A DNA stretch of 63,046 nucleotides, filler included, from Stramenopiles sp. TOSAG23-2 (GCA_900128395.1; 8 parts of 8 records of this genome joined end to end with filler, not necessarily neighbours in it), one strand, 5' to 3'. Counted from the first letter of the whole stretch, positions 22,670 through 35,181 are shown. Notes: generated by a model from the sequence alone, not told the origin. Numbers and translations are program-made.

Positions 22670-23644
22670 ATGAAAGTAATCACCTTTGTTCTTCTTGCAA
22701 TATTTGTATTATTATGTATGCAAAATAATTACATTGTGGATGCTGGTAATATTAGAGGAACACCATCCAATACTGAAGAAGATGTATCACCAACATCTAA
22801 TGCAAAAGGTATTAGCGATTTCAGACCTAAACCACATTCACCAGAGGATGTTACTGAAGAAAATATTAGAAACAAACCAAAAGATGCAACATTAAGTGCA
22901 GAGCCTAATGATCTTGATGAAAATGAAACTATAACACATGAAAGCAAGCTGAAAGGCAATGGTAAAAATAATAGCACTACTAATGAAGATAATCAAATGT
23001 CAGAAGCAGATGAAATCGAAGCCCGTATGAAAGATACAGATATGATGCGTCAATTTGTACGTGGACATTTAGATAATGTGAATAACTTAATCCAGTCAGA
23101 ACATGATCGCCTATCGAAGGAAAAAGAAGAGAGGAAAAAGCGGGAACAAGAAGAACGCAAGCAAGCATTAGAGGCGGAATTACATAATAGTGTCAAATTG
23201 CATACATATGTAAACCGTCTCAAGAAACGTAGGAAACAAATCAATAAATGTTTAGATATTATTCATGGTGGTGCTGATAAGTTGTATTGGGATTTACGTA
23301 AACGATTTGCGCGTATCCCAGCAGGTTCAGTTTGCCTCGCATTGAAAAAAACGAAATTTCCACATATCCCGATTGTTGGATTTAAAGAGGATTTATTTCG
23401 TAAATATGTTGGATGGGAACCACCAAGTGATGGTTCTACAATTATATATTATGATGCTGTAAAAACACATTTATTCCGTTGCATGTGTGAAGAAGCTGAT
23501 TTAACACGATTGCATACGAAATCTGTGGTTGCTGCTTCAATGAAACAACCTGTAGATAACATAGAAAATATGGCATCAAAAGAAGCTAATAAAATAGTCA
23601 AGGAAATGCAAGAAGAGGAGCGATATACGCAGAAGAAACAGTAG
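22670..23644 (+). CDS. Hypothetical secreted protein with coiled coil
   Basis: Signal peptide-like MKVITFVLLAIFVLLC..; E/K/R-rich coiled coil; C-terminal region with 4 Cys. No family recognised. Confidence 0.7.
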   Translation: MKVITFVLLAIFVLLCMQNNYIVDAGNIRGTPSNTEEDVSPTSNAKGISDFRPKPHSPEDVTEENIRNKPKDATLSAEPNDLDENETITHESKLKGNGKNNSTTNEDNQMSEADEIEARMKDTDMMRQFVRGHLDNVNNLIQSEHDRLSKEKEERKKREQEERKQALEAELHNSVKLHTYVNRLKKRRKQINKCLDIIHGGADKLYWDLRKRFARIPAGSVCLALKKTKFPHIPIVGFKEDLFRKYVGWEPPSDGSTIIYYDAVKTHLFRCMCEEADLTRLHTKSVVAASMKQPVDNIENMASKEANKIVKEMQEEERYTQKKQ

Positions 23645-24172
23645 GGAATTACTATGATACACAGCAGTAATCATTTAAGAACAAATCTAAAGATTTTAAA
23701 TGATATTATGTCATAAATATTTTATATAATAAACAAAGTAAATATTATTTAAACATCATATAGATGATGGTTAAAATGTAAAAAGTTATTCGTAATAAAA
23801 TATTTTACTTCCCCGTGGTAAATAATATGCTCAAAATACTCAATCTCAAGAATAATATTTCTATGATATGAGCATATCCTACGATCGTACGAACTATGAT
23901 GATATCATATGTACATATAGTGAAGCTCTAATGCACGTCTGCAAAAACTAATATTTACTAGACCCGCGTATATAATATATATGGATACCCCCACAAGCAC
24001 GAGTAAGTTTCTATCCTTCCGCGCGCACTTGTTGAACGCGCTGGACGTCGGGTTCATTTTATATATAAAAAAACAGGGGTATCAATGATAAAAAAATACG
24101 AGTTTTGTAAAAAATATGTTACGAAAAACGTAAAATATTTTTTTTTATTTTACTCCGCGTACTATCTTCATA

Positions 24173-26530
24173 TTATAACACGCAATTTCCGTCCTCGTCC
24201 TCTTCATCGACAACAACAATTTCGACACCATTTTCATCATCATCATCTTGATCATCCTCGTACACACCATTTCTATGTCTAACAAGCCTCAAATCATTAC
24301 TCATATCTGTCTCTGCAATTCTATTTAAATCTAAAGATCGTTTGTTCCGTTTATCTTCCATTTCTTTTTTAGCATGATGTTTTCTAGTAGCATTTTGTAC
24401 TATAAATGCTGTCATATGAAAATATGCTAATAACAATGCACTGTGTAGATGTACTCTTGCACGATAACATCGATAACCACATTGAATAATTAATGCAGCT
24501 GCATTCTGCTGTTTCAAAAATATACGTTTTTTGATGGAAGCCCTTAATAAAAACTTTCTTGCACTTTTCTGGATTTTCTTTATAGCATGATGACGAAAAA
24601 TCCATGGTTCAACATCATCTTGATTTCCTTTGAAACCCATTGGCATTAACAATCCGCTCTCTATGTAAGTACGATCTTCCGGTCTATCACCTTTATATGT
24701 ATCTCTAACATGTCGATCATCGGCATAATTTAAAATTAATGCATCATTACTAAGTACATTTAAACGTTCTTTTCTTAAGACATTGTCAACAAATAATATA
24801 CTTTTGTATCTACGATAGGTACTTTGTATTAAACTTGCTTTTTTAGCACGTTTTGTTTGGTACATTTTCCATTCAGTTTGTATTTTATGTGCTGCTGTCC
24901 ATTCCTTAAATATTTTTAAACGTCTTTTATATATTTGCCTTCCAAAATAACCACGGACTATTGCCTGGACACGCGTAAAATAATCTGCTTTTCTACACAC
25001 ATATACCAAATGGTGCCTGTAAAGTCGTAAATAATTACGCCCAGCTCGTTTTATTTTATAATCTTTTTCTCTTCTGTGAGCTAGAAATTTACTAAGTCCT
25101 CTAGCTAATTTGTTTCTATTCTTCCAATGTATGTAACTAGCCAAACGTTCTGCCGCTAATAACTTTTGTTTCCATTTTAAATGTTTACGAAATGCTCGTT
25201 GTAAATGTTTAATTGCCCATAGTCTATTTTTTTTGTCCATGATAAGTTGATGTGCACCTGTCATTCCGTGCATAATTGCTCTAGCGCATAAATTTGCGGC
25301 AAATTTTTTTGTATCTTTAATTCGTTTTGCCTCTTGTTTTAGCCAATGTCTATATAATTCCTCTTGGAAGAAGTTTTGTCCGCGTCTAATCTCATTGCCC
25401 CAATGCTTTCCATCATGATCAATATCAATTAATTTAGCAACAGCTGCTTCTAACTCGTATATATTTTTCATATCGTCAAATGACGTAATTGATAAAAATG
25501 CTGACGATGGCGATGTGGTTGACTCTTCATTTACTCCGTGGTCTTCTTTTCCCCCTTCTTTTGCATAACTATAATCACCAGATAAAATAGCTTCAATATC
25601 ATGCCTTTTGTTAAATACATTTACAGATGCAGTTGGGGATAATGGTTTATTTAAATCACGAGCGTTGCTAACAATGCTACTGCTATTTGGAACTACGAAG
25701 GAAGATGATGAGTTGACAAAATCGTATTTTTTTTCTAATCTACTTTTTGCTTGGGTTACTTTGGTACATAAACCTGCAAGTGAACGAGCTGCTTGAATTT
25801 TTAATTGCAATGGAACTTCCTCGCAGTCATCATCTGGCCATGCAATAGCATTTGAGACCACATTATTTTTATTGCTCTCCGCTACGTACGTAGCAGGATC
25901 AAATGGAAATGCATAAGGCTGCCCGTTTTCTAAAACTGCATCTAATTGTTGTTTTTGTCGACGGCGTATAGGTGATTTATTTGCATGTTCCAAAACAAAT
26001 GAAAAACGTTTTGGTAATTGCTTTGGTGGGACATTAGGTGCAGTTAATTTCCCCTTCAATAAAAGAGGATTGTCTATCAATGGGACATATTTCTCAATCC
26101 AATTTTCCAATGGACGAGGCAACGCTGCAATAGTAGCGGCTAAATCATAACATGATTTGTATGAATAATCTATACCACGCCATAAAAATATAGAATCTAA
26201 TTCTTTGTCAGATGCGGGGGATAGATTAATTTCGCTTTTGCTATTATAGCTTTTATTAGCTTTGTTTATTACTCGTATACCATATTGCCACTCACGTAAT
26301 TTTGCACTAACATGCATCGTTTGCAAACGTAATACTAATAATGAGTTAATCAATTGAATAACATCATTCAATCGAAATTGGTTATCTATTTCTTTTCTCA
26401 AATATTGTGCATGTCTTGTGTGTAATGAATGTACAACTTTTTGAATATCAACTAACGATTTTTCCCTATTTTGAATAGCTTGAAATACTTCTGATTCCCT
26501 TCTCATCTGTAATTGTTTTTGTTTATTCAT
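24173..26530 (-). CDS. Multi-IQ-motif (calmodulin-binding) protein
   Basis: Repeated IQ-like motifs: LQRAFRKH, VQAIVRGYFGR, IQSTYRRY, IQKSARKF, IQCGYRCYRAR. Confidence 0.78.
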   Translation of the reverse strand: MNKQKQLQMRRESEVFQAIQNREKSLVDIQKVVHSLHTRHAQYLRKEIDNQFRLNDVIQLINSLLVLRLQTMHVSAKLREWQYGIRVINKANKSYNSKSEINLSPASDKELDSIFLWRGIDYSYKSCYDLAATIAALPRPLENWIEKYVPLIDNPLLLKGKLTAPNVPPKQLPKRFSFVLEHANKSPIRRRQKQQLDAVLENGQPYAFPFDPATYVAESNKNNVVSNAIAWPDDDCEEVPLQLKIQAARSLAGLCTKVTQAKSRLEKKYDFVNSSSSFVVPNSSSIVSNARDLNKPLSPTASVNVFNKRHDIEAILSGDYSYAKEGGKEDHGVNEESTTSPSSAFLSITSFDDMKNIYELEAAVAKLIDIDHDGKHWGNEIRRGQNFFQEELYRHWLKQEAKRIKDTKKFAANLCARAIMHGMTGAHQLIMDKKNRLWAIKHLQRAFRKHLKWKQKLLAAERLASYIHWKNRNKLARGLSKFLAHRREKDYKIKRAGRNYLRLYRHHLVYVCRKADYFTRVQAIVRGYFGRQIYKRRLKIFKEWTAAHKIQTEWKMYQTKRAKKASLIQSTYRRYKSILFVDNVLRKERLNVLSNDALILNYADDRHVRDTYKGDRPEDRTYIESGLLMPMGFKGNQDDVEPWIFRHHAIKKIQKSARKFLLRASIKKRIFLKQQNAAALIIQCGYRCYRARVHLHSALLLAYFHMTAFIVQNATRKHHAKKEMEDKRNKRSLDLNRIAETDMSNDLRLVRHRNGVYEDDQDDDDENGVEIVVVDEEDEDGNCVL

Positions 26531-26559
26531 GTATATTATTTTTTCTTTTTCTCGTGTAT

Positions 26560-26659
26560 NNNNNNNNNNNNNNNNNNNNNNNNNNNNNNNNNNNNNNNNN
26601 NNNTTAATTAATTAANNNNNNNNNNNNNNNNNNNNNNNNNNNNNNNNNNNNNNNNNNNN
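26560..26659. other. Artificial contig-joining spacer N44-TTAATTAATTAA-N44 (also 53174-53273, 54821-54920, 56468-56567, 58114-58213, 59759-59858, 61403-61502)
   Basis: Identical 100-nt structure seven times; the 12-mer gives stop codons in all six frames; genes are cut at these points. Confidence 0.95.
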
Positions 26660-26660
26660 T

Positions 26661-29600
26661 CATCGAGCTCCTGTATTATCGTACCAATGGCGTTGGTCCT
26701 TATCTGATTACACTGGAGGTGACAAAGTTGCATGTAATGTATTTTTTATCTGGGAATCCATACGCCCATTACTTCGTGGTGCGGCAACATATTGTGTTAG
26801 TGATGAGACTATTTATAATCCAGCTGAATTGACCTCATTTGTTGAACGCCATGGGGTAACTGAATTCTTATTTACTCCGACATTGTTTCAAAATGCAATT
26901 TCACAAATGTCAAAAAAGCAAATTGCACAGAAATTAAAAACATTACGAACAGTTTATTTTAATGGTGAAGTTTTATCAAAGGAAGTTGCAAGGCGTGCTA
27001 TTGAATACCTTCCAAATGTACGTTTTATTAATGTATATAGTATCTCTGAATGCCATGAAGTTGGGGCCATTGATATCTCAAAATTAGATTTAAATGATCC
27101 CCCAACTGGATTTTGTCCAGTTGGTCACCCAAATCCATTGACTCCACCATATATTTTAGATGAAGCTTTGAATCTAGTAAAAGATGGTGAAGCTGGAGAA
27201 CTCTATGTTTCCGGTCCATTGCTTGCTCGTACATATTTAAATTTGCCAGAAAAAACATTGGAACGATTTCCAACAAGTCCATATAAGCAGGATTATGTTG
27301 AAGGTGGTGATAATCGTATGTATAGAACTGGAGATCGTGCTAGAATGTTACCAAATGGAATGATTGAAATTCTTGGCCGTTGTGCATTTATGGTTAAAAT
27401 TAGAGGTTACTCTGTTGTACCAGGTGCAATTGAGGTTGCATTATTAGATGCAGTAAATTTGGAAGCTTGCGCAGTTATTGCTGATGGGGCAGAAGGAACG
27501 GAGAAACGATTGGTTGCCTTTTTAGTTAGGAAGACGACTGGAAAAGTTACGGATGTTGTTCCATTGACTGAGGAAGGATCTCCTAAGTTGGCAGCTTTCA
27601 ATATCAATAAGACGACAGGAGCATGTAATGATATTCGTACGATAATGAAAGCTCGCCTTGCTCATTATATGGTTCCATCTGTTTACATTGAAGTCGATAA
27701 ACTTCCTTTGAACATCACGTCAGGAAAATTGAATGTAAAAGCATTAAATGCAATGGCTGAAAAACAAAGAAAAGCCATTTCAAATCCAAATGTAACGGAT
27801 AGACAGCATAGGGTAGATGATAACAAACGATTGGATATGTTGAAAATGTCATACCAATACATGAAAATTCCTGACGATGCTAGTCTTGAAACAGTTGAAT
27901 ATGCCTTGTTAATGGCATGGGAAGGGATATTAGCTTTGCCATTTGGAGCAATTACTAGAGAGGATGAATTTCTTGCTCTAGGAGGGCATTCCCTATCCGC
28001 AGCACGCCTTGTGAATACTATTGAAAGTATGTTTGGAGTAAAATTGCCAGTGTCACAAATTTTACAAGGTATAAAAGTAAAGCATCAAGCACGCGATATT
28101 GTAAGAGCATTAGATATTAAATGTGGAAGAAGAAAGGTTGCACCTGTTAAAAAAGGGGCTGCTCAATTGTTACAAAAAGTTATGGATTCAGCAACTATAC
28201 CAACATTGAGTGCAACCATGGTGAACAATTACATGAGTGAATCTAAAACTACCAAAGTCGTCCCAGATTTAAATAAATGTAAGCAAGTTTTTTTAACAGG
28301 TGCAACTGGATTTTTTGGTGCGCATTTATTATTTGAATTATTAATGGCTGGAGTGGAAAAAGTCGTTTGTTTAGTAAGAGACCGTGGAAGTGATCGTGCT
28401 GGCAAAAAGGTGCTGGTGGAAAATTTGAGATCATATGGACTTTTACGTCAATTAGGAAATACAGGTGTGGATAGAATTGTTGCAATTACTGGTGATTTGA
28501 CAAAAGTAGGGTTTGGCGTGGATGGTTTGTCGTATGAGGGAGTTTTAATGAAATCGGATGGAATTGTTCATTGTGCTGCATTTGTATCATTGGTAGAAAC
28601 ATTTGAAAATCTAGTATCAAGCAATGTTCAAGGAACAAAAGAAATGGTTAAACTTGCTGCTGCGATTAAAAGTGAAACTGGTGTATCTCCACGCGGGGTT
28701 TACATTTCTACGAATGGCATTTTTCCATTAAAACGTTTAAATATGAAAGATTTTCAACGCGTTAGTGTTGAAAATTGTAATTTTAACAATTTACCATCGG
28801 CAATGATTTATGGCTATAATGGTTCGAAAGAGACCGATGCTATTTCATCGATGTGCAATGGATATGGTTTATCAAAATGGGCTGCAGAAAAAATTGTTAC
28901 TGATTCAAGTGAAGCATTTGGGCTTGCATTTTCAACTTTTCGTATGGGTAATCTTTCACCAAATAGTAAAACTGGCCATAGCAATCCACTTGACTTTCAA
29001 TGTATGATTATACGAGGTTGTGATAAAGTTGGTGCTGTTCCTGTTGTACCAGAATGGCGAATTGAGGGAACTCCTGCGGATATAGCAGCACGTAACGTTG
29101 TTAGCTTATCTTCAACACATCAAACGGGAAATAAGATCTCCCATATCGTCCAACCTAATCATACACCATGGTCACAAGTAGTTGCTTGGATGGATGAAGT
29201 ACGTTTGGAGAGAAAATTGCCGAAATTGAAGCAAATAGCTTGGGATGAATGGCGAAATGTTGTCAAAGATATTGCTAAAACATCCGTAAGCACTACAAAA
29301 TTATTAGGCTTAATCGATTTGCTTCCTAATGGTGGTGTTGAGTATCTAAGTTGCCAACCATATTTAGAATGTAGCAAAACATGTATGGATTCAGACGATA
29401 TTGATAAATATAATATTTCAACAGCATCGTTAAAATTGTTTTTAAATCGATTGAAAATGCAAAAAATGTTTTCAATCAAGACGAAGAAAGTTGGAAATAG
29501 CGGTGGGAGTACTGAAGTCAAAACAGCTTCTATTGCTCAAACGATCAGGTCATTGGAAGGCAAAGTTGCCATTGTTACTGGGGCATCATCAGGTATTGGA

Positions 29601-30299
29601 CGTGGTATCGTCGTAGAACTAGCACGTGCCGGTTGCAATGTAGCTCTTGCAGCAAGGAGGTTGGAACAGCTAGAAATATCTAGAAAATTAATGTCAGAAG
29701 CTTGCAGTAACGGCACTGTTGAAACAGTATGTATTCCAACAGATGTAACAGACAGAGAAGCGATGATAAATTGCGTTGCGATTACAGAAGAGACACTTGG
29801 GCCAGTCGATATTATTGTAAATTGTGCTGGTGTGATGTATTTTGAAATGATGAAAAATGTTCATTGGGATGATTGGGAACGAACTGTTAATGTAAATTGT
29901 AAAGGACCAATGTATGGAATAGGCGCAGTCCTTCCTCAAATGATAGCGCGGGGTAAAGGTCACATTATCAATATTACATCTGATGCCGGTGTAACTGCAT
30001 TTGCTGGATTAGGTATATATAGTGGATCAAAATTTTTCGTAGAAGGCATGTCAAAAGCATTACGTTTAGAGACGGCATCTACAGGTATACGTGTTACTTG
30101 CATTCAACCAGGTAATGTAAAGACACCGTTATTAGCTACTTCTACTGATCAAGAAGGAATTAAAATGTATGGTGAGCCTAGCGGCGCTAAAGTATTGGAG
30201 CCAGCTGATATTGGGCGTGCCGTTGTATATGCAGCTACACAACCAGAATGGTGTGCTATAAATGACATTTTAGTCGAGCCACGTGAGGAGCCAACGTAA
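26661..30299 (+). CDS. NRPS-like A-T-R-SDR enzyme, glycine betaine reductase ATRR-like (5' truncated by contig end)
   Basis: Frame is open from the contig edge (HRAPVLSY..DKVACNVFFIWE..RPLLRG). A-domain motifs GELYVSGP, YRTGDRAR, VKIRGY, SGKL; T-domain LGGHSL; thioester reductase FLTGATGFFG, GYGLSKW; C-terminal SDR TGASSGIG, YSGSK. Confidence 0.9.
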   Translation, partial: HRAPVLSYQWRWSLSDYTGGDKVACNVFFIWESIRPLLRGAATYCVSDETIYNPAELTSFVERHGVTEFLFTPTLFQNAISQMSKKQIAQKLKTLRTVYFNGEVLSKEVARRAIEYLPNVRFINVYSISECHEVGAIDISKLDLNDPPTGFCPVGHPNPLTPPYILDEALNLVKDGEAGELYVSGPLLARTYLNLPEKTLERFPTSPYKQDYVEGGDNRMYRTGDRARMLPNGMIEILGRCAFMVKIRGYSVVPGAIEVALLDAVNLEACAVIADGAEGTEKRLVAFLVRKTTGKVTDVVPLTEEGSPKLAAFNINKTTGACNDIRTIMKARLAHYMVPSVYIEVDKLPLNITSGKLNVKALNAMAEKQRKAISNPNVTDRQHRVDDNKRLDMLKMSYQYMKIPDDASLETVEYALLMAWEGILALPFGAITREDEFLALGGHSLSAARLVNTIESMFGVKLPVSQILQGIKVKHQARDIVRALDIKCGRRKVAPVKKGAAQLLQKVMDSATIPTLSATMVNNYMSESKTTKVVPDLNKCKQVFLTGATGFFGAHLLFELLMAGVEKVVCLVRDRGSDRAGKKVLVENLRSYGLLRQLGNTGVDRIVAITGDLTKVGFGVDGLSYEGVLMKSDGIVHCAAFVSLVETFENLVSSNVQGTKEMVKLAAAIKSETGVSPRGVYISTNGIFPLKRLNMKDFQRVSVENCNFNNLPSAMIYGYNGSKETDAISSMCNGYGLSKWAAEKIVTDSSEAFGLAFSTFRMGNLSPNSKTGHSNPLDFQCMIIRGCDKVGAVPVVPEWRIEGTPADIAARNVVSLSSTHQTGNKISHIVQPNHTPWSQVVAWMDEVRLERKLPKLKQIAWDEWRNVVKDIAKTSVSTTKLLGLIDLLPNGGVEYLSCQPYLECSKTCMDSDDIDKYNISTASLKLFLNRLKMQKMFSIKTKKVGNSGGSTEVKTASIAQTIRSLEGKVAIVTGASSGIGRGIVVELARAGCNVALAARRLEQLEISRKLMSEACSNGTVETVCIPTDVTDREAMINCVAITEETLGPVDIIVNCAGVMYFEMMKNVHWDDWERTVNVNCKGPMYGIGAVLPQMIARGKGHIINITSDAGVTAFAGLGIYSGSKFFVEGMSKALRLETASTGIRVTCIQPGNVKTPLLATSTDQEGIKMYGEPSGAKVLEPADIGRAVVYAATQPEWCAINDILVEPREEPT

Positions 30300-30436
30300 T
30301 ATCTACGCACGTATACGTAATAGTGTGTGTAAGAGAGAGTGTAAAAAATATCTTGTTTTTCAATTTTTGAATATAAAAATTACATGTGTTATTTATGCAT
30401 ATCATATCATTACCTCTCGTATCATACGACGTCTCG

Positions 30437-30468
<32 letters not shown>

Positions 30469-30652
30469 ATTCTTTCTGGAGAGTAGGAATTATCATGAGT
30501 AAATTAAAAAATAAAAGTGTTATGCATTTTAATTAAAAATTTTATATATTTTTTGTACCGCACACAAATGATATCAGAGGCGTTTATTACAGTTTACAAA
30601 AACAATTTTTTTGCATCGTTATTCTATAATATATGATAGCACAATATCTCAC

Positions 30653-31332
30653 CTATCGCATAGAATGGGGCAATGGTGCTATCAATATTAAGACTATACA
30701 AATTAATTTAAATACAATATATGACCATAGAATAAAATCGTAGCTGGTGGATGAATCACGTATCAATCCGCAATATAAAGGTCCAAATCCGACGAAAATA
30801 TGTGTCAATGTTAATTGAATTGATAGCTTTTTTGATATTTCTTTCTTAGAAAAAATAGTGGAATATGCTACACCTGTAAGTAAATCATTGATTCCCATGC
30901 CAGAGCCAAATAACATAGAGTAGGCGCATATTGAGCCGAATGTAGTTCCATACTTTAAAAAGAAAATTGCTCCTATGCCTAAAATTAATGGCAATATCAT
31001 AACATATTTTAAAGCAGTTGATGGAATACGATCAACAAAAATTCCCACAACTGCCACAACAAGCATCGTAACAAATGAACCTATTACTTGTATATCTGCA
31101 ATTTCATCTAATTGCAAATTGGCTTTTGATGTATTTAAAATATCAACTAAATAAAATTGGATGCCACACCATGCAAATTCAACGCTCGATTGAGCAAATA
31201 TCAAACTCCAAAATAACAATGTACGTAATGTTTCTTTATATGATAACATTTTGTATCCATCACGCGTTAACTCATCCACCACATCATCAGTGTTGTTTAT
31301 ATTTGCTAATGGTGGAGAGGATGAAGCAGTAT

Positions 31333-31367
<35 letters not shown>

Positions 31368-33208
31368 GGGTGTATATCTTCTAAGCCTAAATCTGGATGC
31401 AAATGATATTTCACTGGGTCATCTCTTAATAATAATAGAACTACAAATAGTAATGTAAAAATCATCATTCCTAATGCAATATATGCACCACGCCATCCAT
31501 ATGATATTATTAAAACTGCTACTAATTTTTGTACCACAATCATGAAAAAAGAAAACGATACAACTATTAAACTTGCTTTACCACGATAAAATTTAAACCA
31601 TTTTGCAATAGATGTTGTTCCAGACAGTACAAGCATTCCTGGACCAAGCAACCTCAAAACAAAAAATCCAATACCAAGAAATAACCATGAATTGACTAAT
31701 GAAACAGACATGACCGCAAATGCAAATAATGGTGATACAAAAAGTACGACTGTAAACTGGCCATAAAGATGGAGTAATTTTCCAACAAATGGTAATATGA
31801 ATGCTGTTAAAAAAAGTGAAACAGCCCACATCACTGCCAAAGAACTTCTCGATAAATTTAATTCTTTTCTAATATCTGGTAAAAAAAATGCCCAACCAAA
31901 CGTATGCCCCGGAAACGATGCTAAGATTAAAATACAACAAGCAATCAATTGTTGTAAGCCTGCAATTTTAGAATAATATTTTTGATGCTTTTTTTGTTCA
32001 ACATCTTGCCCAATTATTATTGTTGATGATGGTATACAGAATAATGGAGGGAGACAAAAATTCTTCCTTCGACTTGGTGTTTGTAATTCTTCACCTTTCA
32101 CTTCTTCATCTTCTAATTGATACAATGTTGTATAACCCATCGAATCGTATCCAACGTACCCATCAGATTGATTCATTTGCGATGGATGTTGTGATTGTCC
32201 ATGCTTATAAAGTTCATCCACATTGCTACTCATAATATTCCATGGTATTAAACTTTTATCTAATTTCGTACAACATATAACTTTTAAATTACCACAATAT
32301 CCTTTATTATATTTATTATGGATTCGTAAACCACTATGTTTATCAATATATGTACCACGTAAATTTTCATTGGTTGTTTCACCATGACATATTAAATAGC
32401 AATTATGATATACACATAATGTTGTAATCGGTATGACAAAGATGATTGTAAGTAAAAATGCTACAGTTGTTAATATATGTTTGACGAAAAAAAAAGTCAA
32501 TATATACAAAATAATATTCTCTGTTGCATTATTATTATTATTATATTTGCCATTTGTTACGGCATCATAATATTCCAAATATAAATCGAATAGACAAATG
32601 ATTAAAGATGCTATACATAATATAGTTATGGACGTTATAAATATTAAAAAATATTTATAATTTCGTTTTCCAATATCCACACCAAGCCATACACAATGAT
32701 GATCAAATGTTTCCACGCATACATCACACATTTTACAATGTCTTGCTCGTTCATGACGAAAATGTTGGCAACGTTGGCACCACACTTGGTTTTTATTACT
32801 ATTGTCTACATCAGAGGATGATGATGATGGTAATAACAAAGAATTGGACGTATTTGGAGAGTTTCGGTGTTGTTGTTGATGATTATTATAATTTTGAAAA
32901 AATGTTGGCCGAGGTATAATACCTGGTTCAATAAATATTGTCAAAAATAATGAAATGATAGTGATGCATGATATGATTGGAAAAACAATATTTAAATAAA
33001 TCAATGTTACCATATCATGCATAATAGCTTGGCTTTTATTTACATTTATATTGTAATATTTTGGTATTAAAAAAATGGATTCATAGATACATACAAATAA
33101 TAAGGATAAAATTGTAAATGGTAATAATTTTGGTGCATCATTGCCTAATATAATTTTACCATTGCATAGAAATCTATTTGCACCTGGCCAATTTTCATAC
33201 AAACGCAT
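30653..33208 (-). CDS. DHHC palmitoyltransferase fused to an MFS transporter
   Basis: Single 851-aa ORF. ERF2/ZDHHC9-like N-terminus ([15 protein letters not shown]), Cys-rich DHHC domain ([16 protein letters not shown]), TTxE (TTNE). C-terminal half has about 12 TM with MFS motifs ([32 protein letters not shown]). Confidence 0.85.
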
Positions 33209-33216
33209 CTTCTTGT

Positions 33217-33458
33217 CGGTTGTTCTTATATGTCGCTTTCTTCAGTATGATTACTACTATATACAGATGACCGTTGTAAGTATTATTAATAATATGACAA
33301 GTAATGTTATATTATATCTGAAGATAATATCTGAAGACGGTTGTTCTTATATGTCGCTTTCTTCAGTATGATTACTACTATATACAGATGACCGTTGTAA
33401 GTATTATTAATAATATGACAAGTAATGTTATATTATATCTGAAGATAATATCTGAAGA
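33217..33458. repeat. Perfect tandem duplication, 2 x 121 bp (likely assembly artefact)
   Basis: The unit starting CGGTTGTTCTTATATG occurs at 33217 and 33338. Confidence 0.9.
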
Positions 33459-33998
33459 ATATTTTTATACTGTAGTATATATATTTTTTTTTCCATTTCA
33501 ATTCTTCTAATATGTACAGACCAATTATCAATCCTAGACTAGCTACCTATATACTGTATAGTACTCAATACTCCTATTAAATCCGGCTAAATCCTTGCCT
33601 GGCTTGCCAGTTTAAGTTGCCAGCTTGCATAACTTAACAGGGAATAGCATTAAAATAGAATTAGCAGGTAATTAGCAAAAGCGTTAGATAAAAAAAATTT
33701 TTTAGAATTTTGATAGGCAGTCATTTTTTCATTACTGATTAGTCTATTAAAAAATCAAAAGTCCAATCCTCACCACCAATTTGTTCTTTGATATGATTGG
33801 AAAATATGGTATAGGATGAAATAGCATTGCCCATTTTTTAAAACGAAAGACTAAGATAGTTTTACCAAATTAACACTACACATTATAGCGCGTGCAATAT
33901 AAGAAAATATATACATGCGCGTGTAAAATTTATTATATCGATACACACACACGTACAAACACCAAATAGTGAATACATATATACATACAAGATACATA

Positions 33999-34659
<661 letters not shown>

Positions 34660-34885
34660 ATTTTTTATATGGTGTTGTGTTAATAATACAATTAGGATTT
34701 TATAAGAGTATATAGGCATATATGTAATATTTGAAGAGGTATATATTTGTGTATATGTGGACAAATGTTAAATTTACGTCATGTAGAATTTATAATTTGC
34801 TATATATATATACACCTATGTATACAGTAATAAAGGTTTTGATTGATGTGTAAATTTTATCATACATAATATATAACGTAAAAAG

Positions 34886-35103
34886 ACAAAACTGTATTAT
34901 TTATAAAAATAAAAAAAAGAAAGAAAACACAAAAAGTATGACATACGACCTGTACTAAAATGTTATCATATCATATATGATATGGGGCATATTCACAAAA
35001 CTGTATTATTTATAAAAATAAAAAAAAGAAAGAAAACACAAAAAGTATGACATACGACCTGTACTAAAATGTTATCATATCATATATGATATGGGGCATA
35101 TTC
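34886..35103. repeat. Perfect tandem duplication, 2 x 109 bp
   Basis: ACAAAACTGTATTATT...GGGGCATATTC occurs at 34886 and 34995. Confidence 0.9.
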
Positions 35104-35181
35104 TGTCGTATCATATGATATCATATTTTATCAAAATATTAATCTCAATAACCACATGATGGATCTCTCTCTCTCTCTCTC

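Noticed and set aside
26661-30299. LYS2 aminoadipate reductase or a peptide-forming NRPS cluster
   Set aside because: The extra C-terminal SDR and absence of a visible condensation domain fit ATRR better; downstream neighbours are not biosynthetic genes.
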